Made by a program: the position numbers and the translations under genes
Origin: Chrysomallon squamiferum
Taxonomy: Eukaryota; Animalia; Mollusca
NCBI GenBank assembly: GCA_012295275.1
Contig: CM022671.1
Span: 26,722,001-26,786,000, forward strand
Direction: 5' to 3'
Length of the DNA stretch: 64,000 bases
Notes under the pieces: model-generated
Database searches by the model: none
What the model saw: the letters and a program-made list of their open reading frames with translations, nothing else
Told to the model about the DNA's origin: nothing
Part shown: one piece after another, positions 41,907-54,605 of the stretch
Position numbering within the stretch: position 1 is the stretch's first letter
Layout: each line of letters opens with the position of its first letter

Positions 41907-44485
41907 AATATTTCTATTTTTATTTTTATATCTGTTTTTTGCTGAAGATATAATTAACAATGTAAATTGTCACTCAAACGTTCTGGTTACGTCAAAGCCA
42001 GGAGCCATTCACCTTCATAACCCACACATGCATTGTCATCACAGAGGAAAATCAACCTTTTAACATGTCACAGAGCATCTTCATCTTGTACAACATGACA
42101 CAGTGACAATGGCTTTACCTCAAAGCACTCCAGTATGCACATTAACAAACACACACACACACACAGGCTTTGAACAACACAAGACTCCTGTCGTGTTCAT
42201 GAAAAAAAAAACAACCCACAATTGGACACATTGAACTTGGAAGAGTTTAAAAATAAAAATTATTATTATTATTATTTTTTTTTCTTTCTTGCTTCTCCAT
42301 TGATTGGTCTACAATATATTTATTGGTAAAAGATGTCTGTCAATAATTTACGCTGTAAGTGACAACGGTACAATGATTGAAAGAGTCAGAGAATTGACTG
42401 TAGAGTGTTAATGAATTGTAAGAACTCTTTTGAGTGTTCGTTGTTTAGTTGGCGTTGCTCTTTCCTAACTCAGTTTTATGTCAGATGTGTTTTGGCTTTG
42501 TTTGTCATCTACGTCATTACCATGATGGTTGTCGTTTTTCGCGTGAAAATTTTTCCAGTGCGGAAGTTTCCTTTGTCTCACTAAGTGAGACAGCTGTCTA
42601 CCTGAGTGAGCTGGTAATCCAGGGATTACTGTCTCTGTCGCGTTTTTTTTATCGATTAAACATTAATGTGTTGTCAGAGTGTGGAAATTAAAACGGTAAA
42701 AAAAAAATGGTGTAAATTATTGTTAAATACTGTTCCAGGATTGGTTTATATAAATCTGGGTGTTCTTTTAGATCTTTTCAATTTTATTTTTTTAAAAAAA
42801 AAAAAAAAAAAAAAATAATTATTATTACTGGTTGTTTGGGGTTTCTTTAAAAGAACAAGAACAATTATTATTGTTTAATACCTTTATCTTTAAATACAGT
42901 TGAATGGTTTTTTTTCTGGGTTAGAATATTCATCAGGTTAACAGTTTGGTACTAAATAAATTAATAAAAATCACTTAATAATTTTTTAGTGAACATAACA
43001 TTTACAAACTGGAAACAAAATAATTAAAGAAATATTTCTTGCTTTTGATATAAAATGAGAAAGGTTTTAATCAGTGTAACATCTGCAGTTAATTAATTAA
43101 TTTTTTTATGATTTCATGGTTGACAAAATCAGAAACAACATTTTAAAAGTATGAAAATTAATTAAGTTTTTTTTTTTTTTTTGAAGAAAAAATAATAAAC
43201 AATGGTTATTGATTTTGGAAATAAAAACAACAAATAAAAGAATTACTCAGTTTAAAAAAAAAAAAAAAAAAAAAAACCTAGAAAATAAAGAATAAATTTA
43301 ATGGATCCCAAAAATATCTCAACCTTATTCTTTTGTTTCATCACCATCATTATGGATTCGTTAATTTCCATTGTACACAAAGTAACTGATTTTCATGATT
43401 CATCAGTATCAAAATCAATCATATGCAGTAGTGTATGAAAAAAAAAAAATAGAAGTCCCACTTAATAATACATCAAATCTTCTCATTAATTACAGACTAT
43501 TGTTAACAGCTGTTGTCTTTGTGTTTCACTCACTTTGTAGGGTAAGTGATTTGTTTGTGAAGTTAATAGACTGTTTTTATTATTTAATGATTTGATCTAA
43601 TGATATCAGTTCACAAATGTTAGATGTGTAATCAATCAATATTTACTGACCATATTTGTTATTGTATCAATATCTTTTACATAATTTATATACTGTAATT
43701 GTTAATGGTATTATTACTGTTATTACCATTATTGTTGTTATTTGTGTATTTTAATATATATTTTTTTTTTTTAATTTTAAATTTTTAATATTAATTTTTC
43801 ATTACTAATGATATTGGGTATATACCAGAATTTAAAACAAACTTTACTAACTGTATTTATATACTTGAAGGCAAATCGAGTTAATACATTAAAATTTAAC
43901 AAATCAAATGTATTTGTGTATGTAGTATGTATATGCGTGTGTGTAGTATGTATGTGCATGCATGTGTGTTATTTCTTGAACCTTTCCTTTCAACTTCTCT
44001 CTTTCTTCTGTTATTTTCATCTCATAATTAAAAACAAATTTCAGTAGTAAGACAAATCAGCCTAGCGACAGAAATATCCCTTTTAGCAACCAGGAGCATA
44101 GAAATATGCAAATATCTGTCACAGTAGATTTACTTCTCAGTGCAGACAGTGATGCCAGCAGCCCTGCTTTCCGTCATCCCACAATTTGTTCATGATTTTC
44201 CTCCTCACAGATAAATAGTCATTACTGATCCTCGCTAAGCCTCGGCAAGACAGAAAATTTATGAGTTCCTTTGCACGCCAAGCTGATCTGGCCTTGATGG
44301 TCAATTTACCAATATTCATACATATCCCGTAAGTCTGGCAGATCACAGGAACAAACAGTGGCTGAAACTGCTCTCTTTAATAAACTGATTTTTTTTCTTT
44401 TTCTTTTCTTTTCTTATGGATGTAGATTCACACAAGAAAGATGTTAACTGTTAAAAAGAGAAAGTCAGGCATATGCATGTGTATA

Positions 44486-44486
44486 T

Positions 44487-44533
<47 letters not shown>
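44486..44533. repeat. (TG)n microsatellite
   Basis: Directly visible. Confidence 0.95.
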
Positions 44534-44536
<3 letters not shown>

Positions 44537-45479
44537 AATATGATTATACAGTCATACATAATTATATTTTTCACATTTATTCAGACACATAAATATTCTT
44601 TGTCTCTCTGTCTCTCTCTGTCTCTTTCTTTCTCTCACTCCTCATTTATCTCTGTCTTTCCTTATCCAGACATTTCTGCTGGATATCTTTATGATCAGTT
44701 CAGAGAAAAATTAAAATGTTCACTCTTCACAGCTATCATCATGATAACCACCCACTGTATTCCACAAAATGACACTAAGAAATACTAGTAATGCAGAAGA
44801 AAAAAAACTGTTCTCAAACATGTAGTTACTGCTTGTTTACTAAAACATCTAATATGTACCAACATCCAATTTGATTAGTTCCTATCCCACGAGTCCACTC
44901 AACCTTTAAAATATTTCCACGTTGAATGTTCGACAGAAGCAAAAAACATTTTGCATTTTCAGGAAATTATTTCACAAAATAACCTTTGGCAAAGAATAAT
45001 TATCAAGTAAGGGATGATGGAAAAAAACACTTTGGTTTTGATTGATAATTGTTTGTGTTACATGCTAATACTAGGTATGCTGGAGAAAATGGCTGCTTTG
45101 ATGGTGAGGTTGTGGTAATAATAATACAGTTATCTCACATACCTTGAATCACTTGTAATTGATGTTTTTCTCACTTTCAACAAAAAAAAAAAAATAAAAT
45201 AAAAAAAAACACACTCAAGATTGTGATTTTGTTTCTTGGAGAAGAAATTTCGTTTTAAAGATTTCTTGAAAAAAAGGAAAAGAATAGAGAACAGAAAAAT
45301 TATAAACTTAACAAAAAACAATGTTTTCTTGTATTCCAACTAATCATTAGCTTACTTTTGCTCATATAAAAAAGAGGAAAATGTTTTCAAAATGAAGGAA
45401 AAAATGTTTAAGAGAAAAACTATCATTTCATGTAATTTAAAAGCAATTGTAATATGAAAACCATAATGCACACATGCTT

Positions 45480-45480
<1 letters not shown>

Positions 45481-45536
<56 letters not shown>
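45481..45536. repeat. (CA)28 microsatellite, the only long CA-oriented array on the + strand
   Basis: Directly visible. Confidence 0.96.
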
Positions 45537-45539
<3 letters not shown>

Positions 45540-45924
45540 CCACACAAGAACACACATTAGTTATATATCCAGTATTTTATACGAAATTGTTAAAGCTTTA
45601 ATTGTTATTATATCCATTTAAAATTCATGTATAGAATCATTTGAAATGAAGATCAAAATTCTCTGTGGTTGATTGTAATATCAAGTTGAATTTTATTCTC
45701 TTTATCAGTGCCCCTCAAACATTGTTTAATGGCTTTTGGAATCAGACATTTGTTATTTCTAATATAACTATAAAATGTTGAGAAACAAAAACTGAGATCT
45801 GTGTATTGGACCATGTTGGTTGTTGGTCTTTCATCTAATGTAAACATCTTTCATAACTGTTCTGTGATTTAGACTGTGCATCTTTGTATCTAGTCTTATC
45901 AAACAAACAACTGACATGACCATT

Positions 45925-46030
45925 GTTCTTTTAATGTTAGTATGCACTATCCAGGATAGGGCAGCACATACCACAGAGTTAGGTATCACCAGTAAACACA
46001 CAGAAGCACATTCCAGACATTGGCTATGAG
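45925..46030 (-). mobile_element. Decayed SINE fragment, same family
   Basis: tcttttaat...tatgcactatccaggatagggcagcacataccacag...accagt matches the reversed Meta-like core (tatgcaccatccca.acagga.agcacataccac). Confidence 0.45.
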
Positions 46031-47084
46031 ACTAATGGCATTCCCAGCTGTGATAATGTGCATTGTTTTCATTTTTGTCTTGTCTGTTTACACACAATTG
46101 CTTCACCTCAAATGCTGAAAGGAAAATTGCTTTTAGACATTATTGGTATTCTTGTGAAATTGGTGTTTTTGATTTTTTCCAGTTCTAACTATAAGTAGGT
46201 GAACTCAGATGAAGTTAGTTAAATGAAAAATTTTAAAAATTATTTTTGATGGTCTTTAACAGCTCTATGTTGTTCTTTTGTTGTGTGATTTATCTGTATA
46301 TTTTTTGGCATTATTTTTTAAATAATTTTTTTTTTTTTACAACCAGTATTTGTCAGTGTTATCGCAAGCCATTTCTTTCATACCAAATCTTCTATACATT
46401 TAGATGACATTTCTTGTAAATCCTCTAAATAATAAAATAATATTAAAATATATTGTTATTTCTTTGTGTATGTTTGTGGGCTTCCACTGAAACACACACA
46501 GACACACAAACAGGCAGAATGAGAATGAATGTACTCAAAAAACTTTTATTTAAAGAATAATTACAAATGTACAAGAAAAATAATGACATACTCATGACTC
46601 TTGATGACAGATTTAATTTTTGCAAATATTTTTGTTACATTTTTTTCCCTCGCAAACTTGAACCGAACGAACTTTTATTCATCTCTCAATGTTTGTTTGC
46701 ATGATGTAATTTTTCTAACCTGTCAGCTTGCAATTGGGTTATCATTCATCAGACTATGATGGATTTTAAGAAGTTGTTACGGACAAACTGTCTGATGGAG
46801 AAAGGCATTTAGCTGTTGCATTAAATTACATCAGAATGCAATATCTTCTCACGTCTTTTCCCGATGACAAGAAATTAACATCAGTTAACAAATGTCAACA
46901 AAATGATGGCAGAGTGTCAAAGATCTGAAAAGTCATAATTTTCCATGTCACTGTAACTTGGCAGGCAGTTGTGAATCATTGGTAATTGAGTATCGGAACT
47001 TTTTGGTTTTTATCATATGAACAGATATCTCCAAACATGTCTTTTTGTCATAAACAAAATAAAAATGATGTAATTTTTATGTCA

Positions 47085-47442
47085 GTAATAACAGTTTTGT
47101 TGTTTTCAAAATAAATCATTAGTATTTTAATACTGTTACAATACTTTATCACACCATAAATGGCTCCAAACCTTATAAACAATTTTTGTCTAAAAAAACC
47201 AAAACACCCCAAAAACACTGAACAACATTTAAATGATATATTACATCTCCAGTAATAATTTATTGTTTTCAAGATAAATTTAATAATTTGTCTTTATATT
47301 TTAGTATTTCAATATTGGAACTTCATATTACAATACTTTATCATACTGTAAATATCTCCATATTATGTATTGATGTCTAAAACCACCAATATTTGAATGA
47401 TATGATTATCTCCATAGTAATAATCTGTTTTCAGGATAAATT
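47085..47442. repeat. Diverged tandem duplication, unit about 170-190 bp
   Basis: gttttca..ataaat, ttagtattt.aata, ttacaatactttatca, tgtctaaaa and aatgatat...atctcca..gtaataat each occur twice in the same order. Confidence 0.8.
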
Positions 47443-50104
47443 GTTGGTGCTCTAATAATGGTATTTTTTTGGTTCTGTTAAAGTACTTTTCCTGGTCATC
47501 AGTATCATCAAACATTCTGTATTATGTATTTTTGTCAAAAGGTATCTTATTCCTCAAAATTGTTTGAATTATTTTCATTATAAATATTTCACTGATTTTG
47601 ATGAGTCATTATATGCAGAAAAAAAAATTCAAACAAGCAGTTTAATGAAACAGATTTTCAAGACAATATTAATAGTTGTTTTTCCTCCAAAATACTTTTC
47701 CCTTCCAGATATGGTCTGAAATGTTGTATTTTTTTATTATTATTTTTTTTTTTTTTTTTATTTATTTTTTTATTCTTTTTTTTTATTCATTCATTCATTC
47801 ATTCATTCATTTTTTTATATTATTTTTTATATCAAGTCACTGATATTTGAATACTAGAACTGTCTGTAAAGCCATTTCTCAAACTAATATAGAATAATGT
47901 TTGTAAAATGCTTCATCACTTTACTTTGGTTTTATGTAACAACACCAGAGAACTGATTAATCAACTAGGAGAGTCAAATAGATATTAAACATAAGATATT
48001 GCTGTTTATTCCCTTCATGTATTTGTATACACACACACATCCATAATTGTTATTATGGACATGGATATTTACTATTGATATCAAGTATGGCAATGTATAA
48101 TTACTGTTAGTCTGCATTACAGAAATTTATTTATTATTGATATATTACAGAAATATATATTTACCATTGATATTACATATAATCATTTACTATTAATGTG
48201 GATTACAGAAATAACTGTGCATTACTAAGTTATATTGTATATTTAGTATTATATTGCAGAATCATATTAATAATTACATATATCAAGAATATAGGTTTAT
48301 TATCAATATAAATAGCATAAATATACTTTGATTATACACCAGATAAATGTATGTCTGTCATTACTGTATATTTACTATTAAGATACATGGCTTAAAAAAA
48401 AAAAAAAAAAAAAATTAATAAAAAAGCTATAAAAAATTAATATTTTAGAAATCAAGATGGCTTCATTAGTATTCATTTGTTGCTGTTCTAACTGTTGCAT
48501 CCCTTGCGAGGTGATTAACAAGGGAGTGTGCAAACGGTGTCACCCAGACTCTAATTGCTTTCTGCCAGCGTACGGGCACTAATTAATCCTGCATGCTACA
48601 CGGAGGGCTATTAAAGTCCACTGATTCCCCGGCTCTATAATCTCATTTCATACAATAAATCTCGTTTCTAAGAGGCCAGCAATTCAGTGACTGATACAAT
48701 TATGATTGTTTATGTCATTTTACCAAATTCCTGCATCAATCATTGGAGTATGATTCATGAATTTTGATCAATTTTGGTTTGATCTTTGGCCACCGTTCAT
48801 AAAAAATGTTCAACAGTTGCTGCTGATGCCATTTGAAAGGGTTCGTTCCCCACATCAGTGTTTTTGTAAATGTTTAAATAATTTAAATAATGGGTAGTTT
48901 ATGCACTTTGAAATGCTTTTTACTCTACTGGATGTTTTTTTTTTTGGTGGGGAGCGAAATGGCAGCCCATATCAAAACAGTGCAAAACCAAGAAATTTCG
49001 TTAACTGTTTATTTTTACTGCTTTGTAAAGTGTGTGTGTGTGTGTGTGTGTAAATCTTAATTTTTTTTTTTTAAAGGATTTAGGAATATGGAATGCTATT
49101 AGCAAGAATTAAGTTTTTATACTAATAGCTTTGTTACCAGGCAAAATATTTTTGGGTGGGTACAGAATTTGGGTGTACACTCGGAAAAAAACAAAAAACA
49201 TTTCAAAATATATTTTTCCTGGCTACCAGTTTCTCTCTTAGCCCAGGATTTTTTCTATGTGTGTTGTGTATTCATCCTGTCTTGGTTTTTCTGTTTTTAA
49301 ATTGTGGAAAGGGTAAAGAAAATAATCATTGCCATTAAAATAATTCTCATAATAGCTCTAATGCATAATTGCTATAATTATATTTAAACATTCATTTTGA
49401 AATGTTAATTAAATAATGTTAGTTTATACCACATTAAATTATTACTGCTCTCCAATTTTGAAAAATTTAATACTCTTCAGTTAAATACAAAATTTATTTC
49501 CACTTGATAACATTTTGTTTATAATAAAAAAAAAAAAAAAAAATAAATAACAGACAAAAAGAAAAATCCATTGGTTTCCAGAGAATTTGAATTTAAAAAA
49601 AACCTAATTGGCTTTAATGATATGAAATATTTTTTAAACAGATGGTGAAAACGATAAAGTCAGTGTGCTGTATGTTTGATAGTTCTAACACCCTGTGTAA
49701 TGTCTTCACTCATGTTGTATGCCAGATATTTGATGTATACAGTGAGCCATATCAGACCTGTAGTGTGGGTAATCAGTATTAACATTTTCAACATTTACTG
49801 AAGAAACTTGCACAGTACTCTTATGTCACTGGTCCTGGAATCTGTTATTGGTAGCAGTTATTATTGTAACTAAATGGAAATATGTAAGATCACTTCAGCT
49901 GTTCTCAAACTAATCCTCTAAGTATAATAACTATTTCCAGAACACAACCAAGATGTTCTGATTGCATGGCCTGTGTCACAGAAACCTTGGTTTCAGTAAC
50001 CTGTTGAAATTTTACTAATTTATAAAAAACTATATTGGAGTATTTTTAAATTGACTGCATAAGAATGTTAAAACCAGTATAATTATGTTTTGTCCTAAAA
50101 ATTG

Positions 50105-50315
50105 TAGAAGGATCATTAATTTTGCTCAGGTCACTTAAAATACTCAGCCATTGCTCAAGTCAGCCAGTGCCCCATGATTTTTTAAAACATATACTGTGTA
50201 TGTTCTCTCCTTTCTATAGAATTGAGAATTAAAAAAGATCTGTCTCAATTATCTGTTTAGTCCTTAATCATATGTATGAGACACAACCATAACTTAAAAT
50301 TGTATTAAATTTCAC
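50105..50315 (+). mobile_element. Decayed tRNA-derived SINE, Meta/MESC-domain-like
   Basis: cagccagtgccccatga...tgtgtatgttctctcctttctataga...aaaagatc...atctgtttagtccttaatcatatgt...aaccataacttaaaattgt is colinear with my memory of the molluscan MetaSINE body (cagccagtgc.ccacgactgg...tatgtgctatcctgtctgtggga...aaaagatcc...gtccttaaccatatgt). Recognised by eye, not by a search. Confidence 0.55.
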
Positions 50316-50850
50316 AGCAAAGTAGAAGCTAATTTGCATTGTAAAAATTATATTGTACACAAGTATAACCTAAATCCCCTGATTTACCATTGACTGCTTA
50401 GTTAATACATTATACAACGCTGTGTTATTAAAAAAAAAGTGATCATGTTTGCGTTTGTAGTCAGACAGGATTATGCTGTCACATCATTCACATGCTGACT
50501 GTGATTCATTTCAACACAGCAGTAAACTGTGGCCTTTGTCACTCGAGACTCCTATGTGGTTAATTATGTAATAACCACGAAATTACTTTGAGTGTGAGAA
50601 AGACATCCTTTTGCCATAACTGTCATGGTGAGAAGAGATAGTTAGAGAGAGAAAAAAAAAAAAGAAAAAAAAGAAAGAAGAAAAAAGAAAGAATTACCTT
50701 TGGTCACAAATCAGCTGGTGTTTTCACTCTGCTGCCTTGTCAAATAAGTCATCTGGCTTGGGATGCTCATTTACACAGCTGGCAGGATGTTGACAACTAC
50801 TGCTGATGACAGAGTGTCACAACAGACCACTTAGTTTCGCTTCAGTTGAC

Positions 50851-51250
50851 GCCCATGTGTGCAAGAGTCAGGGTGTGTGTGCCAGTCATGTCCCCCCATG
50901 AATGCAATAGTTAGGGTGTGTGCGAGTCTTGTCCCCGCCCATGAATGCAAGAGTTAGGGTGTGTGCGAGTCAGGGTGTGTGTCCCCCCATGAATGCAAGA
51001 GTTAGGGTGTGTGCGAGTCTTGTCCCCGCCCATGAATGCAAGAGTTAGGGTGTGTGCGAGTCTTGTCCCCGCCCATGAATGCAAGAGTTAGGGTGTGTGT
51101 GAGTTATGTCCCCATGTGCATGCAAGAGTGTGGGTGTGTACAAGTCAAGTTGTGGTATGTTTGCAAGCTATGTCTGCTCAGGTGTACAAGAGTTAGGGTG
51201 GGTGTGTGTGTGTGCAGGTCATATTCCCACATATGCATGAGAGATTGGTA
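50851..51250. repeat. 43-bp minisatellite (cccatgaatgcaagagttagggtgtgtgcgagtcttgtccccg) with about 5 well-conserved central copies and decayed flanking copies
   Basis: atgaatgcaa recurs at 50898, 50941, 50989, 51032 and 51075 (spacings 43, 48, 43, 43). Confidence 0.95.
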
Positions 51251-52109
51251 TGCAGTTCATGTGAGGAACTATGGTGTGTATATATTTGTTACATGACCCC
51301 ATTTATCATACAACAATGTGAGTGCAGTGATAATCTGAGACAATCTGTCTGAGGAGGTCCAAAGCAACTGCAGAAAAGAATGCAGGTTTAAGAGGAATGT
51401 GCTCATTTTTAAGGCAACAATTTTTTTTTTTTTTTTGTGAATTTATATTCAGGTATGTGTTTGTTTGTGTGGGTGGGTGGGTGTGTGTGTGTGTGCATGG
51501 GTGTGGGTGTGTGCATGCATGCATGTGGAAATGCACATGTTTATACATTTATTTGTATGTATTTATAGGCAGGTGGGTAGGTAGATAAATATGAATGTGT
51601 TTATATAATTACATGTACGACCCTATGTGTACCTACGTACATTCAGTTAATCTTGCAAGCAGACACATGTGCATCAGAATGAGTATTACTGCTCTCTCCC
51701 ATCTTCCCTTATCTTGAAATAATTATGCATCTGTATTATGATGACTTATTTTGACAGCTAGTTATATCATAACAGTCTGTGTTTTGAAAACAAACTGCAC
51801 CAACACATTTCAAGATTAGCTTATGAACAGCAGTAACATTTTTAGCCTGAAAATAAAGGTCATTTATGCCTTCAAGTAAATCTTGTCTAACTTTGTAGCT
51901 GTTGACTTTTTAAGAAATTTTTTTGTTGTTGTTGTTTTTTCTTTCCTATTTTAGTTGACTTTAAGACAGTTTCAAGGTTATTTGTTACATAGATAATGTT
52001 ATTGCTGGATGTTTATTAGTTTTTGGTTAGTTTATAGTTGAAAATAAGAACAGTTTATGTAAATCAGTTTTGTTTGTGTGAGAATGGATGTGTTTGTATA
52101 CCTGTGCCT

Positions 52110-52190
52110 ATGTGTGTGTGTGTGTGTCTGTGTGTCTGTGTGTGTGTGTGTGTGTCTGTGTCTATGTGTGCATGTGTGTGTGTGTGTGTT
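52110..52190. repeat. Interrupted (TG)n array
   Basis: Directly visible. Confidence 0.93.
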
Positions 52191-54384
52191 GTACATTTAT
52201 CCATATATTTGTTTATATGTTTATCTGTGTAGTTTTTCAAATCCAAATACGCAGCAGTTTCACTCTGAAAATTTTATAAATATTTCTCAGTAATATTAAA
52301 CTCTTTCTGTTTTTTTTTAAATTTTTAATTATTCCAGTGACCTGAAAATGATGGTGATAAATGGTGTGAGCTAATTCTTGAAATACTTGGCATTTTATTA
52401 GTAACATTATATTTTGTCCCATGCTGTCTGTAACATGTATGAAGAATTGGCTTGCTTGTTTTCGTGTAAATATATTTCTCCCTCCAGGCAGATCTAAAAA
52501 TGCCCTTGCCATTTATCCTGTCAAACTCTGCTATGAAATCTTGAAAAATTGCCAATAGTTGTCAGAATCTACTTAAGCCATATCACAGCATTTGTAAGAT
52601 ATGATTTATATAAAATAAAAATCTTTGGTCAATAGCTGCATTTAACTTCGTTAAAATGTCAAAAAGCATATCTAAATCCATTTGTCTGCATTCTGTGTAA
52701 AAAAATAATAAATAAAAAAAAATATAGAATAAACAACTGATGAAAGAGATTAAATACCAGTTTTTAGTGTATAAATAGAGATTGAATATCAGTTTTTTAT
52801 TATACTTTTAACATACAGCAACACATTTCTGATATTGAATATCAGTGTTTTGGTATATGACACTAATTAAATATCTTTTAATTTTTAAAAAATTTTCTCC
52901 ACATAATCTTTAATATACTATTAATATTTTGTTTTTAAAAACAGTGAACATAAATATTTTAATAGACTAAAATTAAAAATGTTGTTTTTGAAAACGATTT
53001 GCCCATCAATATCTTATTAAACTTTTAGCAAATACTAAATATCAAGCTGTAATGAATTTCTGACATATTGAATACCAATTATTTTTAATACACTTTTGAC
53101 ATACAATTGAAAATAAACAGGGCACTGGGGAATATTATTTTTTTTTTTTTTTTTTTTGTTTATTTATGTTTCAAATAACTCGGACATCTGGTTTACTAAT
53201 GAAAGTAGAGCAGCTTTTCTGGTGAAGTCATTTAGCAAATATTTGTGAAGATCTTCAAAGTGTCTAAATAGTGTGTGGAATGTTTTCTAGCCTTTCTTTC
53301 CTCGCTGGGCCAGTGTTTCTCCAATCAAGCAAGTCTACTATAACACTTGTTTTCCTAGGTGTCATTGCAATCACTTGAAGGCAAATGGTGCTGAATCCAC
53401 TCTGACAGGTGATGACTATTAATAGTTTCATTTTCAGAGTCATTAGGAGCTAAAAGAGAAATATTTACAGAGTTGTCTTTTTTTTTTTTTTTTTTTAAAG
53501 TTGTTTTATTTATTTATTTTTTTGTTTTTTTGTGGAAAACATTGTTTTGGTAACTAAAATGGTTGAAATCAGTTTAAAAACAATTTAAAGGGAGTGAATA
53601 AGAAAGATGAAAGAGGTAGACAGAGTGAGTGAAAGAAAGATTCAGAAAGAATGAGAGAAAGAAAGAGAAGTATGAATGAGATACAAACTGATGTAAGAAA
53701 TATAGGACAAGAAAGAAGGGAAAGGATCTGTCAGTTTTATTAAACATTAGAGCAGTACTATAATTCATTTATTTTTATTTTTATTTTTATCCAAAAAAAC
53801 CTGAAAAAAAAAGAAGCTTTTTCCGAGTTTAACTTGAGTGCATTAAGTACTTCTGTCAGTCTTTTCTCAATTTTAACATTAAAAATTTAAAAACTTAAAA
53901 TTGAAATTGCTCTTTTTAACCCTTTAAATTTAACAAATAAAAGTTGTAAGTACCCAGTAACATTCCCTTTTTAGAAAAAAAAAAAAAAAAAAAGTGAAGA
54001 AGAAATGGGGAAAAAAAAAGATCTCTAAACACTTTTACAAAAACAGTTTAAACTGAATTATTTATGTAGGTTAATGCAAGTACACTTGACTAGCTGAGTT
54101 TACATAACTAATGACATGAGTTGCCAATGCAGGAACAAAAATGTCATAGATGATTTGCTTAGATGGAAGATATTTTCATGGCCATAAATATTTAAGAGAT
54201 GAATGCTAGCTATTGTCAGCTTCACCAAGTCTGATCAGCACAGTGGAATATTGGAATTTTTGTGTCTGATGATTTTTTATTCCCAGAGATGTCAAATGAC
54301 ATTTTTCATATATTCTCTTTACTTGTCCTGTTTTATTCCATTCCACTTGAACGATTCATCAAATCATTTTTTATTTTTTTTTTT

Positions 54385-54605
54385 ATTTGACTTTGCTAAG
54401 GTTGACCAATTGACCATAAATGACTAAAACAAATATTGATGTAGAACTGAAATTTTTTTATACACATAAATTTTCTGTTCATTTTTTTTAATTTTTTAAT
54501 ATGTGTGTTTGGCTTTGTCAAGGTTGACCAATTGCTTGGAAATGACAGAAACAAAACATTGATTTATGATTGAATAATTGTTGAATTTTCATACATAAAC
54601 ATTTT
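54385..54605. repeat. Diverged tandem duplication, unit about 120 bp
   Basis: ctttg..aaggttgaccaattg...aaatgac..aaacaaa..attgat occurs near 54391 and 54513. Confidence 0.8.

Noticed and set aside
50851-51120. Regularly spaced repeats considered as a CRISPR-like array
   Set aside because: The units are head-to-tail with no unique spacers, the context is a eukaryotic intron, and there are no cas genes.
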